IMG/VR virus record: IMGVR_UViG_3300030389_003133
Coordinates: 1-59,669 of that record
Reading direction: 5' to 3' (one strand)
Origin: a virus
Lineage: Duplodnaviria; Caudoviricetes
Length of the DNA: 59,669 bases
Shown here: one piece after another, positions 45,947 through 55,401 of the stretch
Layout of the letters: each line of letters begins with the position of its first letter
Numbering within the stretch: the stretch's first letter is position 1
Position numbers and translations under genes: made by a program
The notes under the pieces: generated by a model
Databases searched by the model: none
Seen by the model: only the letters and a program-made list of their open reading frames with translations
Told to the model about the DNA's origin: nothing

Positions 45947-46261
45947 ATGGAAATCGACAGAATAAAATTAGACTTAATGCACGAAGTATTAGACGAGTGC
46001 GAGAATCTACTAAAAACAGAATATAAAGATTCAGACTTCGAAATTTACGGGCTACCTTATGTGAAGCAAGTTATAGGCTTAGTGAGACAAGGAGAGATGA
46101 TACCCCTAGAGCGAATCAAAAGAATCGCAGAGGACATCAAACAAGACGACGAATGGGTAAACGATAGCCACACGTGGAGAGAACATCACGGAATAAACGT
46201 AGGACTTAATACGTTACTCAGACATTTAGAGCAAACAAAAAACATTAACTTAATAAAATAG
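45947..46261 (+). CDS. Hypothetical protein (104 aa)
   Basis: ORF track. Confidence 0.7.
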   Translation: MEIDRIKLDLMHEVLDECENLLKTEYKDSDFEIYGLPYVKQVIGLVRQGEMIPLERIKRIAEDIKQDDEWVNDSHTWREHHGINVGLNTLLRHLEQTKNINLIK

Positions 46262-46263
46262 AT

Positions 46264-46578
46264 ATGGCAATTTATATAACAAAAAAAGATAAGTTCGTTT
46301 GGTTGGACGTTACCGACGCAATGAAATACGGAAAAAAGAAACGTGATGAGATATGGTTAGGTCACGAACTTTATGCAATACACGACGACGACTCAGACAG
46401 TTTGATTGAGTCACACGAGGAGATAGATGAAGCCCTAGAGTTGGGGCTTCGTATCTGTATTGAAGGCGGATACTTGCCGAAGCAATATCACCCACGTAAT
46501 AGTTGGGATGGCACAAGTAAAAAATTGATAGACGGATATTGGTACGTAAAATTAGCAGACCTAAAACTTGCAAAGTAA
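46264..46578 (+). CDS. Hypothetical protein (104 aa)
   Basis: ORF track. Confidence 0.7.
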   Translation: MAIYITKKDKFVWLDVTDAMKYGKKKRDEIWLGHELYAIHDDDSDSLIESHEEIDEALELGLRICIEGGYLPKQYHPRNSWDGTSKKLIDGYWYVKLADLKLAK

Positions 46579-46621
46579 AATAAATTACACTATCTTTAGA
46601 CAAACTTTAAACTTAAATAAA

Positions 46622-46783
46622 ATGGAAATCGAATACACCAACGTAAGATACCGCTCCCTTGACACGGGACACAGAGTAATTCAAAACAAAAGCACGGGCG
46701 AATGGACCGACGTAGTAACGAACCGTAAAGTGCCGTCGTATCGTGTGCATAAATACATTTCACTAACATCAAAACCTATATAA
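46622..46783 (+). CDS. Hypothetical protein (53 aa)
   Basis: ATG after an AU-rich leader inside the track ORF. Confidence 0.6.
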   Translation: MEIEYTNVRYRSLDTGHRVIQNKSTGEWTDVVTNRKVPSYRVHKYISLTSKPI

Positions 46784-46784
46784 C

Positions 46785-47003
46785 ATGGAGAATACATTTA
46801 ACTTTATGAAATCATTTTTGGCAATGGGAGAATTGACCCAAGACAAAAACACGACACTTGCAGACAAAGTAAAATACAAGGAGCGAATTGTTTTTGCTAC
46901 AATGCGAAGTTTAATACCACATTGGGAAGCACCAAGTGATTGGGATAAAATTTCTGATGAGGCTAAATTAGAAAGATTAACTAAAATCGAAAAAGTAATT
47001 TAA
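46785..47003 (+). CDS. Hypothetical protein (72 aa)
   Basis: ORF track. Confidence 0.65.
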   Translation: MENTFNFMKSFLAMGELTQDKNTTLADKVKYKERIVFATMRSLIPHWEAPSDWDKISDEAKLERLTKIEKVI

Positions 47004-47005
47004 TT

Positions 47006-47365
47006 ATGAAAGCAATATATTTAAAAGAAGCATCGGCAGAAAAGATGCGACCAAACCCACACAAGGGATACATACAAAGACTACAAGTAATGGCAGACAA
47101 AGACAAGCCGTTAACGTTTAGTGTCTTTAAAGACACGGGAACTATTTATCATAGAAAAGATTACGAGAAAGATAATGGTAACTTTTGCGGTCATCAATTA
47201 TTAGACGACACTGAAACTGTTATTGTTTACATTGGTTGCACGATAATAGAATGCAACAAAGACAATGAGTGGTCAGTGCAGATTGGTCAAGACGTTCACA
47301 AAAGTAAAGACGTGGAGGAAGTAGAGAAAAAGTTATATGAATTTTATTTATCAGAAATACAATAA
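47006..47365 (+). CDS. Hypothetical protein (119 aa)
   Basis: ORF track. Confidence 0.65.
   Translation: MKAIYLKEASAEKMRPNPHKGYIQRLQVMADKDKPLTFSVFKDTGTIYHRKDYEKDNGNFCGHQLLDDTETVIVYIGCTIIECNKDNEWSVQIGQDVHKSKDVEEVEKKLYEFYLSEIQ
47121..47136. repeat. Perfect 16-bp palindrome, intragenic
   Basis: Reads VFKDT. Confidence 0.95.
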
Positions 47366-47700
47366 TGGATACTACAGAACTCATTAAAGACGAAGCAAAT
47401 AAGATAATAAATCTTTTGCTTGAAAAGAACAAGGCTTATGGCGACACTGCTAACAACCCCCCGCAAATCTTCAGCAAACTAGAGGCAGTCGAGGGATTGT
47501 GTGCAAGGATAGACGACAAACTATCTAGAATAAAAACCAAAGGCATAACAGACCTAACAGAGGATACGGTATCCGACTTGATTGGATACCTTATCTTGTT
47601 GAAAGTGCAATTAAGAAAACAAGACGAGGTTATAAAAGAAAAACTCATTGCCAAAAAGAATGAGAAAAAAACAGATAATTTTCCCGTCTTCTTTTTCTAA
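47365..47700 (+). CDS. Nucleotide-modification-associated domain 1 (DUF1599-like, all-alpha NTP-PPase-like) protein (111 aa)
   Basis: KNKAYG...RIDDKLSRI...EDTVSDLIGY pattern. Confidence 0.65.
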   Translation: MDTTELIKDEANKIINLLLEKNKAYGDTANNPPQIFSKLEAVEGLCARIDDKLSRIKTKGITDLTEDTVSDLIGYLILLKVQLRKQDEVIKEKLIAKKNEKKTDNFPVFFF

Positions 47701-47705
47701 AAAAA

Positions 47706-47737
47706 TTTGCACAAGAAATAGACAATCATTATATTTA
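47706..47737 (+). promoter_or_regulatory. Promoter candidate for the replication block
   Basis: TTTG-20 nt-TATATTTA (near consensus), intergenic. Confidence 0.55.
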
Positions 47738-47757
47738 CCTAATTAAAATTTAATCAA

Positions 47758-47958
47758 ATGTCAATATCAAAAAAAATGTTTCACGAAACTCGTGAACAAA
47801 ATCAAGACCACATCGACGACGGATATTTATACGAGCAGTGGATGAGTCAACTAAATAATAAAAGTAAAATCAATAGTGTAAAATCACCCAAGGAGCAACT
47901 CGATGATTTGTTTGAAACGTACGGTAAAATCTTTGGGAACATAAATAAAATTAAATGA
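47758..47958 (+). CDS. Hypothetical protein (66 aa)
   Basis: ORF track. Confidence 0.6.
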   Translation: MSISKKMFHETREQNQDHIDDGYLYEQWMSQLNNKSKINSVKSPKEQLDDLFETYGKIFGNINKIK

Positions 47959-48242
47959 AAGAAAAAGCCTTCGACGAATACGTAGCAAAAGTTTGCGACC
48001 TATTTAACTTAACTCCATCAGAGTTATTTACGAAATCAAAACGAAGAGATATAGTAGATGCAAGGCATCTGTTATATTTTTTATGTTATAAAAGACCTAT
48101 GCAAATTCGTTACATCCAAGAGTATATGGGGTATAACGGTTATGAAGTAGGTCACTCAACTATTATCCACGGGATAGAAACAGTGAAAGAAAAAGTAACT
48201 GCGGACAATGATTATGAACTCACCTTTAATCAACTTGCCTAA
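47955..48242 (+). CDS. DnaA C-terminal (domain IV) HTH-like protein (95 aa)
   Basis: LFTKSKRRDIVDARHLLYFL...HSTIIHG. Confidence 0.75.
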   Translation: MKEKAFDEYVAKVCDLFNLTPSELFTKSKRRDIVDARHLLYFLCYKRPMQIRYIQEYMGYNGYEVGHSTIIHGIETVKEKVTADNDYELTFNQLA

Positions 48243-48672
48243 CTATTCGCCCCAAGATATAATGCAACAAGCAATAGAAGATAACTATGCAGTCGACGTA
48301 AGCGGAGACGGATACATTGGTAAAATTTTATACGGTTGTAAAATATCTATGGACAATGAAAGCAAGGAGGTTGTTATACAATCGACAACAATGGGTGGAG
48401 AATATTACAAAGAAGTCCCGTCAGATATACACGAAATTTTTTTAAAAAAAGGTTGGAGAATTGGTGTCTATGAATTATCTTTGTCTAACTATCGTACAAA
48501 ACTCGATAGGATTGGTCAGAGTATAAAGGCAGAAGTTAACGGTAGAAAAAACCCGAAACAAATTCAGTCACTCAAAGCATCAAGAGAAAGTATCTTAAAG
48601 AGATACAGTAAAATTAAAAGTAAATTAAATCAAATATCAAATGAAACTCAAGACAGTAAACATCAAAGGTAA
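48208..48672 (+). CDS. Hypothetical protein (up to 154 aa; start uncertain)
   Basis: ORF track. Confidence 0.6.
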   Translation: MIMNSPLINLPNYSPQDIMQQAIEDNYAVDVSGDGYIGKILYGCKISMDNESKEVVIQSTTMGGEYYKEVPSDIHEIFLKKGWRIGVYELSLSNYRTKLDRIGQSIKAEVNGRKNPKQIQSLKASRESILKRYSKIKSKLNQISNETQDSKHQR

Positions 48673-49168
48673 AGAGTATGTTGAGGTAAATGAAAGACTT
48701 ATTTATTTCAGAAAACACTTTCCAAAGCACTCACTAATTACAGAAGTCATAGAGAAAACAGAAAACTCTATTTTAATTATGGCTTATGTTATAGACGAGA
48801 ATGACAACACCATCGCTACGGGGTTGGCAGAAGAAATCAAAGGCAGCACCTTTATTAATAAGACATCATACGTGGAGAACTGCGAAACCTCAGCGTGGGG
48901 TAGAGCGTTAGCAAACTTTGGAATTGGATTAGACACATCAGTCGCATCAGCAGACGAGGTATCTAATGCTATTGCTAATTCAGAAGTGTCTTCAAAGACA
49001 CCAAAGAAACCATTACTTAAATTGGGAACTGCTAATTGGGTCAAGGCACAGAAGTGGATTGATGCTAATAAAAGCAAAGGCATGGATAGTTTGGTCAACA
49101 CATTAGAGACCAAGTATTCTTTGTCAGCAAATGCTAAATCAGAAATCAAAAAAATTCTAGCACAATGA
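48641..49168 (+). CDS. Single-strand annealing protein, Rad52/Sak-like (175 aa)
   Basis: IKGKEYVEVNERL...ATGLAEE...ENCETSAWGRALANFGIG; next to exonuclease and SSB-like genes. Confidence 0.6.
   Translation: MKLKTVNIKGKEYVEVNERLIYFRKHFPKHSLITEVIEKTENSILIMAYVIDENDNTIATGLAEEIKGSTFINKTSYVENCETSAWGRALANFGIGLDTSVASADEVSNAIANSEVSSKTPKKPLLKLGTANWVKAQKWIDANKSKGMDSLVNTLETKYSLSANAKSEIKKILAQ
48986..49001. repeat. 16-bp palindrome copy (GTGTCTTCAAAGACAC), intragenic
   Basis: Reads VSSKT. Confidence 0.9.
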
Positions 49169-49917
49169 CACAAGAGATAATCAATCAACTTAAAGACGAC
49201 AACGAATACTATAATGGAGTAGGAAGACAATACCTTTCTAATTCAGATATAGGAACATTACTTAATAATCCCAAAGAGTTTGGAGCAAAGAGAGAAGATT
49301 CTAAACAATTTGCTATGGGCAGATACTTCCATCAACTTTTTTTAGAACCAAACAAAGCAAAAGATTGGGACTTTATTGATGTTGCATCCCGTAACACAAA
49401 GAAGTATAAAGAGTATGTGGCAGAGTTATCTGCAAACAGTTCAAGACCAAGAGACTTTGCTTTGCTTTTAAAAGAAAAGAATGAAGTAGAGTTTTGGGTT
49501 GAAGCAATGAAAACAAATCTTGATTTTTTTGATTGGATATATGCAGAAGATAACAAGTTTGAAGTACCCGCAGTAAAAGAAATATGCGGGGAAATGTGGA
49601 AAGGAAAGGCAGACATTGTAGGCAAGGATTATCTTTACGATTTGAAGACATCAAGTTCGATTTCAGATTTTAAGTGGAACGCACGTAAGTATAACTACGA
49701 TAGTCAAGCCTACATATATCAAGAATTGTTTGGAAAGCCGATGGTGTTCCTCGTTATAGACAAAACAAGTCTAATGATGGGGGCTTTCACCGTCGGTCAA
49801 GAAAGTTTAGACCGTGGTAAACGTAAGGTAGAAAAAGCGGTTGAAGTTTACCGAACATTTTTTGGCGACAATCCAACAGAAGACATTAATCAATTTTACT
49901 TTAATGAAGAAATTTAA
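49165..49917 (+). CDS. PD-(D/E)XK exonuclease, RecE/DUF3799-like (250 aa)
   Basis: LSNSDI, GRYFH, KGKADI, YDLKT and YDSQAYIY motifs. Confidence 0.78.
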   Translation: MTQEIINQLKDDNEYYNGVGRQYLSNSDIGTLLNNPKEFGAKREDSKQFAMGRYFHQLFLEPNKAKDWDFIDVASRNTKKYKEYVAELSANSSRPRDFALLLKEKNEVEFWVEAMKTNLDFFDWIYAEDNKFEVPAVKEICGEMWKGKADIVGKDYLYDLKTSSSISDFKWNARKYNYDSQAYIYQELFGKPMVFLVIDKTSLMMGAFTVGQESLDRGKRKVEKAVEVYRTFFGDNPTEDINQFYFNEEI

Positions 49918-50068
49918 ACTATGGCTTGTGTCTTTAAAGACACGGCTATTTAAAAAGAAACGTGTCCATATAGTCGAAGTTCCAATGACTTGTGAGACTC
50001 GTGCCGAGAAAAGAAAAATTATCTCCGCAACTAGAAAACTTTTGGAACAGAACATAATAATTATATAA
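49904..50068 (+). CDS. Small hypothetical protein (54 aa)
   Basis: Internal ATG of the track ORF; fills the gap. Confidence 0.5.
   Translation: MKKFKLWLVSLKTRLFKKKRVHIVEVPMTCETRAEKRKIISATRKLLEQNIIII
49928..49943. repeat. Perfect 16-bp palindrome
   Basis: Reads VSLKT; also 10 nt after the exonuclease stop. Confidence 0.95.
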
Positions 50069-50343
50069 TGGCACAAGCTAATAATAATGAAGAGAAAATA
50101 TTTGCCGACGGTTTCTCTTTTAAAAGACAAGAAAATGCTCCCGACTTTGTTGTCGGTAGAGTGTCGGTTAAATGCGACGATGCAGTTTCATTTATGAAGA
50201 AGCATCAAAAAAATGGGTGGATTAATATGAACATCAAGTATGCCAAGAGTGGTAATCCATACATGGAACTAGATACATGGACACCCGAAAAGAAAGAGGC
50301 AGAGACAGTAGCAACCCCAACGGGAGGCGACTTGCCTTTTTAA
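50068..50343 (+). CDS. Putative single-stranded DNA-binding protein (91 aa)
   Basis: C-terminal DLPF tail; recombination cluster. Confidence 0.6.
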   Translation: MAQANNNEEKIFADGFSFKRQENAPDFVVGRVSVKCDDAVSFMKKHQKNGWINMNIKYAKSGNPYMELDTWTPEKKEAETVATPTGGDLPF

Positions 50344-50364
50344 TTTAGAGTTATTCATTTTCAG

Positions 50365-50389
50365 GGGGGATGAAAGTCCCCCTTTTTTT
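50365..50389 (+). terminator. Rho-independent terminator
   Basis: GGGGGAU-GAAA-GUCCCCC followed by U7. Confidence 0.85.
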
Positions 50390-50472
50390 GGACCTGCTCT
50401 GCTGACTTTTGTCTGCGAAATCTTATAATTATATTTATTATTTATTATTTTATTTTTTTAATACAAGGGAAA

Positions 50473-50544
50473 AAAGTTAACAAAGTGAGCAACTCATTGA
50501 AAATCAGACAGAAAGAAAGCACAAAGTAAGCACAAAGTAAGCAC
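50473..50544 (+). repeat. 11-bp iteron-like array B (AAAGTAAGCAC-like x3 at 50512-50544); candidate origin
   Basis: AAAGAAAGCAC AAAGTAAGCAC AAAGTAAGCAC plus degenerate copies at 50473-50492; AT-only tract upstream; directly before the primase gene. Confidence 0.7.
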
Positions 50545-50557
50545 AAACATTAAAATT

Positions 50558-52972
50558 ATGACATCAGACATCACTATATTCAGAAACATTAAATCAACAG
50601 ACACACCATTTTATAGAAAAGTAGAGCATATATTAGACCGCATCAAAGACGGAGCGTCTAAGGAACTTGTAAAGCGTATCAGGCTAGAGCAACGCAAAGC
50701 AGAACGCAATGAACTAAAAAAGAATTTACCCGCTATTTGTTTTTCAGGAAAGTTTATAAAAAGAAACGACAACTCCATCCAAGAACATTCAGGACTTATC
50801 TGTTTAGACTTTGACGGTTACGAGAAAAGCAAAGAATTATTACAAGACAAAGAAAACATAACCAAGTCTCCCTATACTTTTTCAGTTTTTATTTCTCCAA
50901 GCGGTAAGGGATTGAAAGTATTAGTGAAGATACCACAAGACATAGACAATCACGTAAATTATTTTAATTCTTTAAATAAACATTTTAATAATGATAAGTT
51001 TGATGTCACGTGTAAAAACTTATCAAGAGTATGTTATGAAAGTTATGACCCACTAATCTATCACAACCCTAACTCATCTGTATGGGACAAGATAGAAGAG
51101 AAAGAATACCAAGAGAAGCACCAATACAGAGATGCTCCTACCATTCCTATAACAGACGAAAACAAAATCGTTGAAATACTTCTACATTGGTGGAACAAAA
51201 AATATCCAATGGTTGAAGGACAAAGAAATCATAACTGTTATGTACTAGCCTCAGCTTTTAATGACTTTGGAATAAACAAATCGTTAGCAGGATATATTTT
51301 ATCCAACTATCAAACTTCAGATTTTAACGAGACTGAAATAAATAGAACTATTGACAGTGCGTATGCTAACACTCAAAACTTTGGAAGCAAATACTATGAA
51401 GACGAAGACCGAGTTAACAATTTAAAAATAAAACTCAAAAGAGGCACGTCAAAAAAAGAGATTCGCTCCCAACTAGAGGACAGTCAATTGGAGAGCGAGG
51501 TAATAGATGCCGTCCTCACACGTATAGACGAAGAAGCACAAGAGACACAGTTTTGGACCAAGAACGATAAAGGAACTATAAAGATTGTTCACGTTTTATT
51601 TAAACAGTTTTTAGAAGACAACGGCTTTTACAAATACTGCCCCGAGGGAGGAAAGAATTATGTGTTTGTTAAAGTGACTAACAACTTGATAGACCACACT
51701 GACGAAAAAAGTATCAAAGATTTTATTCTAAACTACCTCCTTGATATTGATGACCTAAGTATATACAACTACTTTGCAGACCAAACAAGATTCTTTAGAG
51801 AAGAGTTTTTGACATTGCTTTCTACAATAGATATTTATTTTATTGCTGACAACAAGGATACTTCTTATTTGTATTTCAGAAATTGTGCAGTTAAAGTTAC
51901 ACCCAAAGAAAAAACCATCATTGATTACATAGACTTAGGTGGATACGTTTGGAAAGACCACGTAATAAATAGAAACTTCACTTCTTGTGAAGACAACACA
52001 GACTACAAGACCTTTATTAAAAACATCTGTAAAGGAGAAGAAGACAGAGTAAAGTCAATGGAGAGTACAATAGGTTTTATGATGCATGGACACAAAAACC
52101 TATCTTATTGTCCTGCAGTAATATTAAATGATGAGGTAATATCAGACAATCCTGAAGGCGGCACGGGTAAAGGAATATTTATGAACGCACTAAGCCAAAT
52201 GAAAAAGGTTGTAACCATAGACGGAAAAGCATTTGCATTTGAAAGGTCCTTTGCTTATCAGCTTGTATCAGCAGACACACAGATACTTGTCTTTGATGAT
52301 GTGAAAAAGCATTTTGACTTTGAAAGATTATTTTCTGTTGTCACTGAAGGTTTGACATTAGAAAAGAAAAACAAGGACGCAATTAAAATACCTTTCAGCA
52401 AGTCTCCCAAGATAGCGATTACAACTAACTACGCAATCAAAGGCAGTGGTAATTCTTTTGCGAGACGTAAATGGGAACTAGAACTCCATCAACATTATAA
52501 TAAAAACCATACACCTTTGGACGAGTTTAAAAAACTTCTGTTTGGCGATTGGAACGATGACGAATGGTGTGCGTTTGACAACTATATGATTAACTGTTTA
52601 CAGGGATACCTCAACACAGGATTGGTCCAAAGCAAATTTGTAAACCTTAAAAAGAGACAACTATCTGCAGAAACTTGTCACGACTTTATTGAATGGTGTG
52701 GACTTATAAACGGTAGTGAGCCAAGTGATATGCTTCGAACAGACGTAAGAATTAGTTTGCAAAACGCATACATAGACTTTATCGAACACTATCCTGACTA
52801 TGGACCTAAAGCCAAATTAACCATAAGTAGGATTAGATTCAATAAATGGATGGTTGCCTATGCCGTTTTTAAAACGGGAGCTTCACCCGAGGAAGGTAGA
52901 GACCACTCAGGTAAATGGATGAGATTAAAAAGAGCCGATGAAATTAACCCACAATCAAGATTAAATGTGTGA
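50558..52972 (+). CDS. Primase-helicase (VirE-N/BT4734-like N-terminus, PriCT, P-loop helicase; 804 aa)
   Basis: KKNLPAICFSG, SGLICLDFD, FISPSGKGLKV, SRVCYESYDP; GQRNH; GGTGKG Walker A, VFDD, ITTN. Confidence 0.82.
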   Translation: MTSDITIFRNIKSTDTPFYRKVEHILDRIKDGASKELVKRIRLEQRKAERNELKKNLPAICFSGKFIKRNDNSIQEHSGLICLDFDGYEKSKELLQDKENITKSPYTFSVFISPSGKGLKVLVKIPQDIDNHVNYFNSLNKHFNNDKFDVTCKNLSRVCYESYDPLIYHNPNSSVWDKIEEKEYQEKHQYRDAPTIPITDENKIVEILLHWWNKKYPMVEGQRNHNCYVLASAFNDFGINKSLAGYILSNYQTSDFNETEINRTIDSAYANTQNFGSKYYEDEDRVNNLKIKLKRGTSKKEIRSQLEDSQLESEVIDAVLTRIDEEAQETQFWTKNDKGTIKIVHVLFKQFLEDNGFYKYCPEGGKNYVFVKVTNNLIDHTDEKSIKDFILNYLLDIDDLSIYNYFADQTRFFREEFLTLLSTIDIYFIADNKDTSYLYFRNCAVKVTPKEKTIIDYIDLGGYVWKDHVINRNFTSCEDNTDYKTFIKNICKGEEDRVKSMESTIGFMMHGHKNLSYCPAVILNDEVISDNPEGGTGKGIFMNALSQMKKVVTIDGKAFAFERSFAYQLVSADTQILVFDDVKKHFDFERLFSVVTEGLTLEKKNKDAIKIPFSKSPKIAITTNYAIKGSGNSFARRKWELELHQHYNKNHTPLDEFKKLLFGDWNDDEWCAFDNYMINCLQGYLNTGLVQSKFVNLKKRQLSAETCHDFIEWCGLINGSEPSDMLRTDVRISLQNAYIDFIEHYPDYGPKAKLTISRIRFNKWMVAYAVFKTGASPEEGRDHSGKWMRLKRADEINPQSRLNV

Positions 52973-53210
52973 TATAAACCAAGCAATGATAAATAGTTTG
53001 AATGTATTAAATGGTGATGTCACCATAGAAGAACTAATTATGCAAGGCGAGGGATGGTTTGTTTTTAATCCGGAGAAGACTGTGTCTTTAAAGACACTTG
53101 AACAGATGCTTCAATATTTTACAGACGTAGAAGATTATGAAAGATGTAGACAAGTATATAATTTAATTAACGATGGCAAAACTATTGGGAAGGACTTCAG
53201 GTTGGAGTGA
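52965..53210 (+). CDS. Hypothetical protein (81 aa)
   Basis: ORF track; EDYERC motif. Confidence 0.65.
   Translation: MCDINQAMINSLNVLNGDVTIEELIMQGEGWFVFNPEKTVSLKTLEQMLQYFTDVEDYERCRQVYNLINDGKTIGKDFRLE
53082..53097. repeat. Perfect 16-bp palindrome, intragenic
   Basis: Reads VSLKT. Confidence 0.95.
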
Positions 53211-53418
53211 CTGCGAACAACTAAAGCAAATGGAAATATTGTTCAGGGTTATGAACAAAACAAAAACAGTGAAGATAGGCAGAGGAAAGAAAGCCTACAC
53301 CAAGGAAGAGTTTGTTTATCAGTCAGAATCAGACGATGAGGTAAGAGACAATATTAATTTTTCAATTGAACATTATAAAAAACTATGTTTAAATTCAGAG
53401 AATACCAATCAACAATAA
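53173..53418 (+). CDS. Hypothetical protein (81 aa)
   Basis: ORF track. Confidence 0.6.
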   Translation: MAKLLGRTSGWSDCEQLKQMEILFRVMNKTKTVKIGRGKKAYTKEEFVYQSESDDEVRDNINFSIEHYKKLCLNSENTNQQ

Positions 53419-54629
53419 TAGAAAAGGGTGCTGAGATATGTGCGAAATATAAATTCGTATACTTATCTATGGAGGTCAGAACGGGAAAAACACTCACAAG
53501 CATGGGCATAGCCACAAGACTTCAGTGTAATAATGTTTTGTTTGTTACAAAAAAGAAAGCCATCAGTTCGATTGAAAACGATTATAAACTTCTCAACCCC
53601 GACTTTGAGATAACTGTTATCAACTATGAGTCACTACACAAAGTAAAGAGCAGAGCAAGTAATAGGTTTGATTTTATTGTAGTAGACGAGGCACACTCAT
53701 TAGGTGCATTCCCAAAGCCAAGTAAAAGAGCAAAGGATATAAAAAATTTAATTAATAAAAACAGAAGCCCCTATGTTTGTTTGATGTCGGGAACACCAAC
53801 ACCTGAAAGCTACAGTCAGATGTATCATCAGGTGTTTGGTATCCCAACAAACCCGTTTAAAAAATACGTGAGCTTTTACAAGTTCGCTAAGGATTATGTT
53901 AAGGTTACTCAGAAAATTATTAACTCTGTTTACATAAACGATTACTCAAAAGGAACCTTAAATATTTTGTATGAAATGAAACCATACACTATAAGTTTTA
54001 CACAACAAGAGGCGGGGTTTACCAATACAATAGATGAAGAGGTGCTGAGTGTAAAGATGAAACCTATAACGTATGAACTAACAAAACAGTTAACAAAAGA
54101 TAAAGTAATAAACGGCGTAGGAGATACTATACTTGCAGACACACCTGCTAAAATGATGCAGAAGTTACATCAACTGTATTCCGGAACTATTATATGCGAG
54201 AGCGGTAACGGAATTATTCTCGACGATTCAAAAGCATTATTCATCAAAGAGCATTTTAAAAATAAAAAAATTGCAATCTTTTATAAGTTTAGACAAGAAT
54301 ACAAAGCATTGAAGAGTGTCTTTGAAGACACGCTTTGTAACACTGTTGAAGAGTTTTGTAACACTGATAAATGTATAGCATTGCAAATAGTAAGCGGTAG
54401 AGAAGGCATTAGTTTGAAAGAAGCTGAGGCTATTATTTATTACAACATAGACTTTAGTGCTACAAGTTATTGGCAGAGCAGAGACAGAATGACAACTAAA
54501 GATAGACGACACAGTAAAATTTATTGGGTCTTTTCTGAAAAGGGAATTGAGAAAGATATTTACAAGACAGTGATAAAGAAGAAAGATTACACGGTACAAC
54601 ATTTTAAAAGAGATTTATTAACTTTGTAA
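53385..54629 (+). CDS. SF2 (SNF2-like) helicase (414 aa)
   Basis: FREYQ, RTGKT, VVDEAH, SGTP, EGISL and QSRDR motifs. Confidence 0.85.
   Translation: MFKFREYQSTIIEKGAEICAKYKFVYLSMEVRTGKTLTSMGIATRLQCNNVLFVTKKKAISSIENDYKLLNPDFEITVINYESLHKVKSRASNRFDFIVVDEAHSLGAFPKPSKRAKDIKNLINKNRSPYVCLMSGTPTPESYSQMYHQVFGIPTNPFKKYVSFYKFAKDYVKVTQKIINSVYINDYSKGTLNILYEMKPYTISFTQQEAGFTNTIDEEVLSVKMKPITYELTKQLTKDKVINGVGDTILADTPAKMMQKLHQLYSGTIICESGNGIILDDSKALFIKEHFKNKKIAIFYKFRQEYKALKSVFEDTLCNTVEEFCNTDKCIALQIVSGREGISLKEAEAIIYYNIDFSATSYWQSRDRMTTKDRRHSKIYWVFSEKGIEKDIYKTVIKKKDYTVQHFKRDLLTL
54316..54331. repeat. 16-bp palindrome copy (GTGTCTTTGAAGACAC), intragenic
   Basis: Reads VFEDT. Confidence 0.9.
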
Positions 54630-54631
54630 AG

Positions 54632-54853
54632 ATGAAAAAGTTTATTATCTTTTTTGTCATTTGGGTGAGTCAGAACCTCGCTATACCCTTTTGGATTGTT
54701 GGACATATACATTTGACAATGAATGTTTATGCTGACATAAAGGAAATCTTTGCGTCTGTAGGGATGAACTTAATAGTAATAGTAGGTTTTATTTTAGATT
54801 ACAGAAACAGTTTAAAAGATGACCGAACAAGAGATACAGAAAAAAAGAATTAA
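54632..54853 (+). CDS. Small membrane protein (73 aa)
   Basis: Two hydrophobic segments. Confidence 0.6.
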   Translation: MKKFIIFFVIWVSQNLAIPFWIVGHIHLTMNVYADIKEIFASVGMNLIVIVGFILDYRNSLKDDRTRDTEKKN

Positions 54854-55061
54854 GCAGCTTGAAAGTGAAGGTTACTATGTTATCAAGTTAATCAACACAA
54901 ACAAGAATGGAATACCGGACTTAATAGCAATTCCACCAAACGCTAATGTTCTTTTTAGTGAGATTAAAAAACCCAAAGGAAAAACTTCTAAACTACAGGA
55001 GTTTAGAATAAGTGAACTAAAACAATATGGCTTTAAAACAGAGATATATAAAGGCGATTGA
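54819..55061 (+). CDS. VRR-NUC domain nuclease (80 aa)
   Basis: EQEIQ...GIPDL...EIKKPKG...LQ. Confidence 0.8.
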   Translation: MTEQEIQKKRIKQLESEGYYVIKLINTNKNGIPDLIAIPPNANVLFSEIKKPKGKTSKLQEFRISELKQYGFKTEIYKGD

Positions 55062-55401
55062 CTTGTACTATGAAGTAGATGATTGGTTTGTAACTCAATT
55101 AAAAGAGTTCCCAAGACTTGTAGGCATTGAAATAGCGGCACAAGTAAACTCATCCTACGACTCTTTACCACAAAAAAACGGTTGGTCCCAAATGGTTGGT
55201 GGAGTATGTAAGGACTTCAATCCTCCTATATATTTTGAAGTAGAATACCTTAATCAAGAAGACGAACCCCCTTTCTTTCTTGATGTTCAAACCATCGAGG
55301 TAGACGACTACCTAGATTATATAATAGAAAATAAAACTCTAAAAGCAAAATCAAATGGAATCACTAATAAAAACAAACAGAACCTTTCGTGTCCTCGCTG
55401 A
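55027..55401 (+). CDS. Hypothetical protein (up to 124 aa; start uncertain)
   Basis: ORF track. Confidence 0.55.
   Translation: MALKQRYIKAIDLYYEVDDWFVTQLKEFPRLVGIEIAAQVNSSYDSLPQKNGWSQMVGGVCKDFNPPIYFEVEYLNQEDEPPFFLDVQTIEVDDYLDYIIENKTLKAKSNGITNKNKQNLSCPR

Noticed and set aside
46954-46975. CTGATGAGGCTAAATTAGAAA as a fourth hammerhead
   Set aside because: Stem II cannot pair, no convincing stems I/III, and it lies inside a CDS
41468-54331. Palindrome copies as a CRISPR array or IS/MITE ends
   Set aside because: Irregular kb-scale spacing, in-frame inside genes, and no cas, transposase or target duplications
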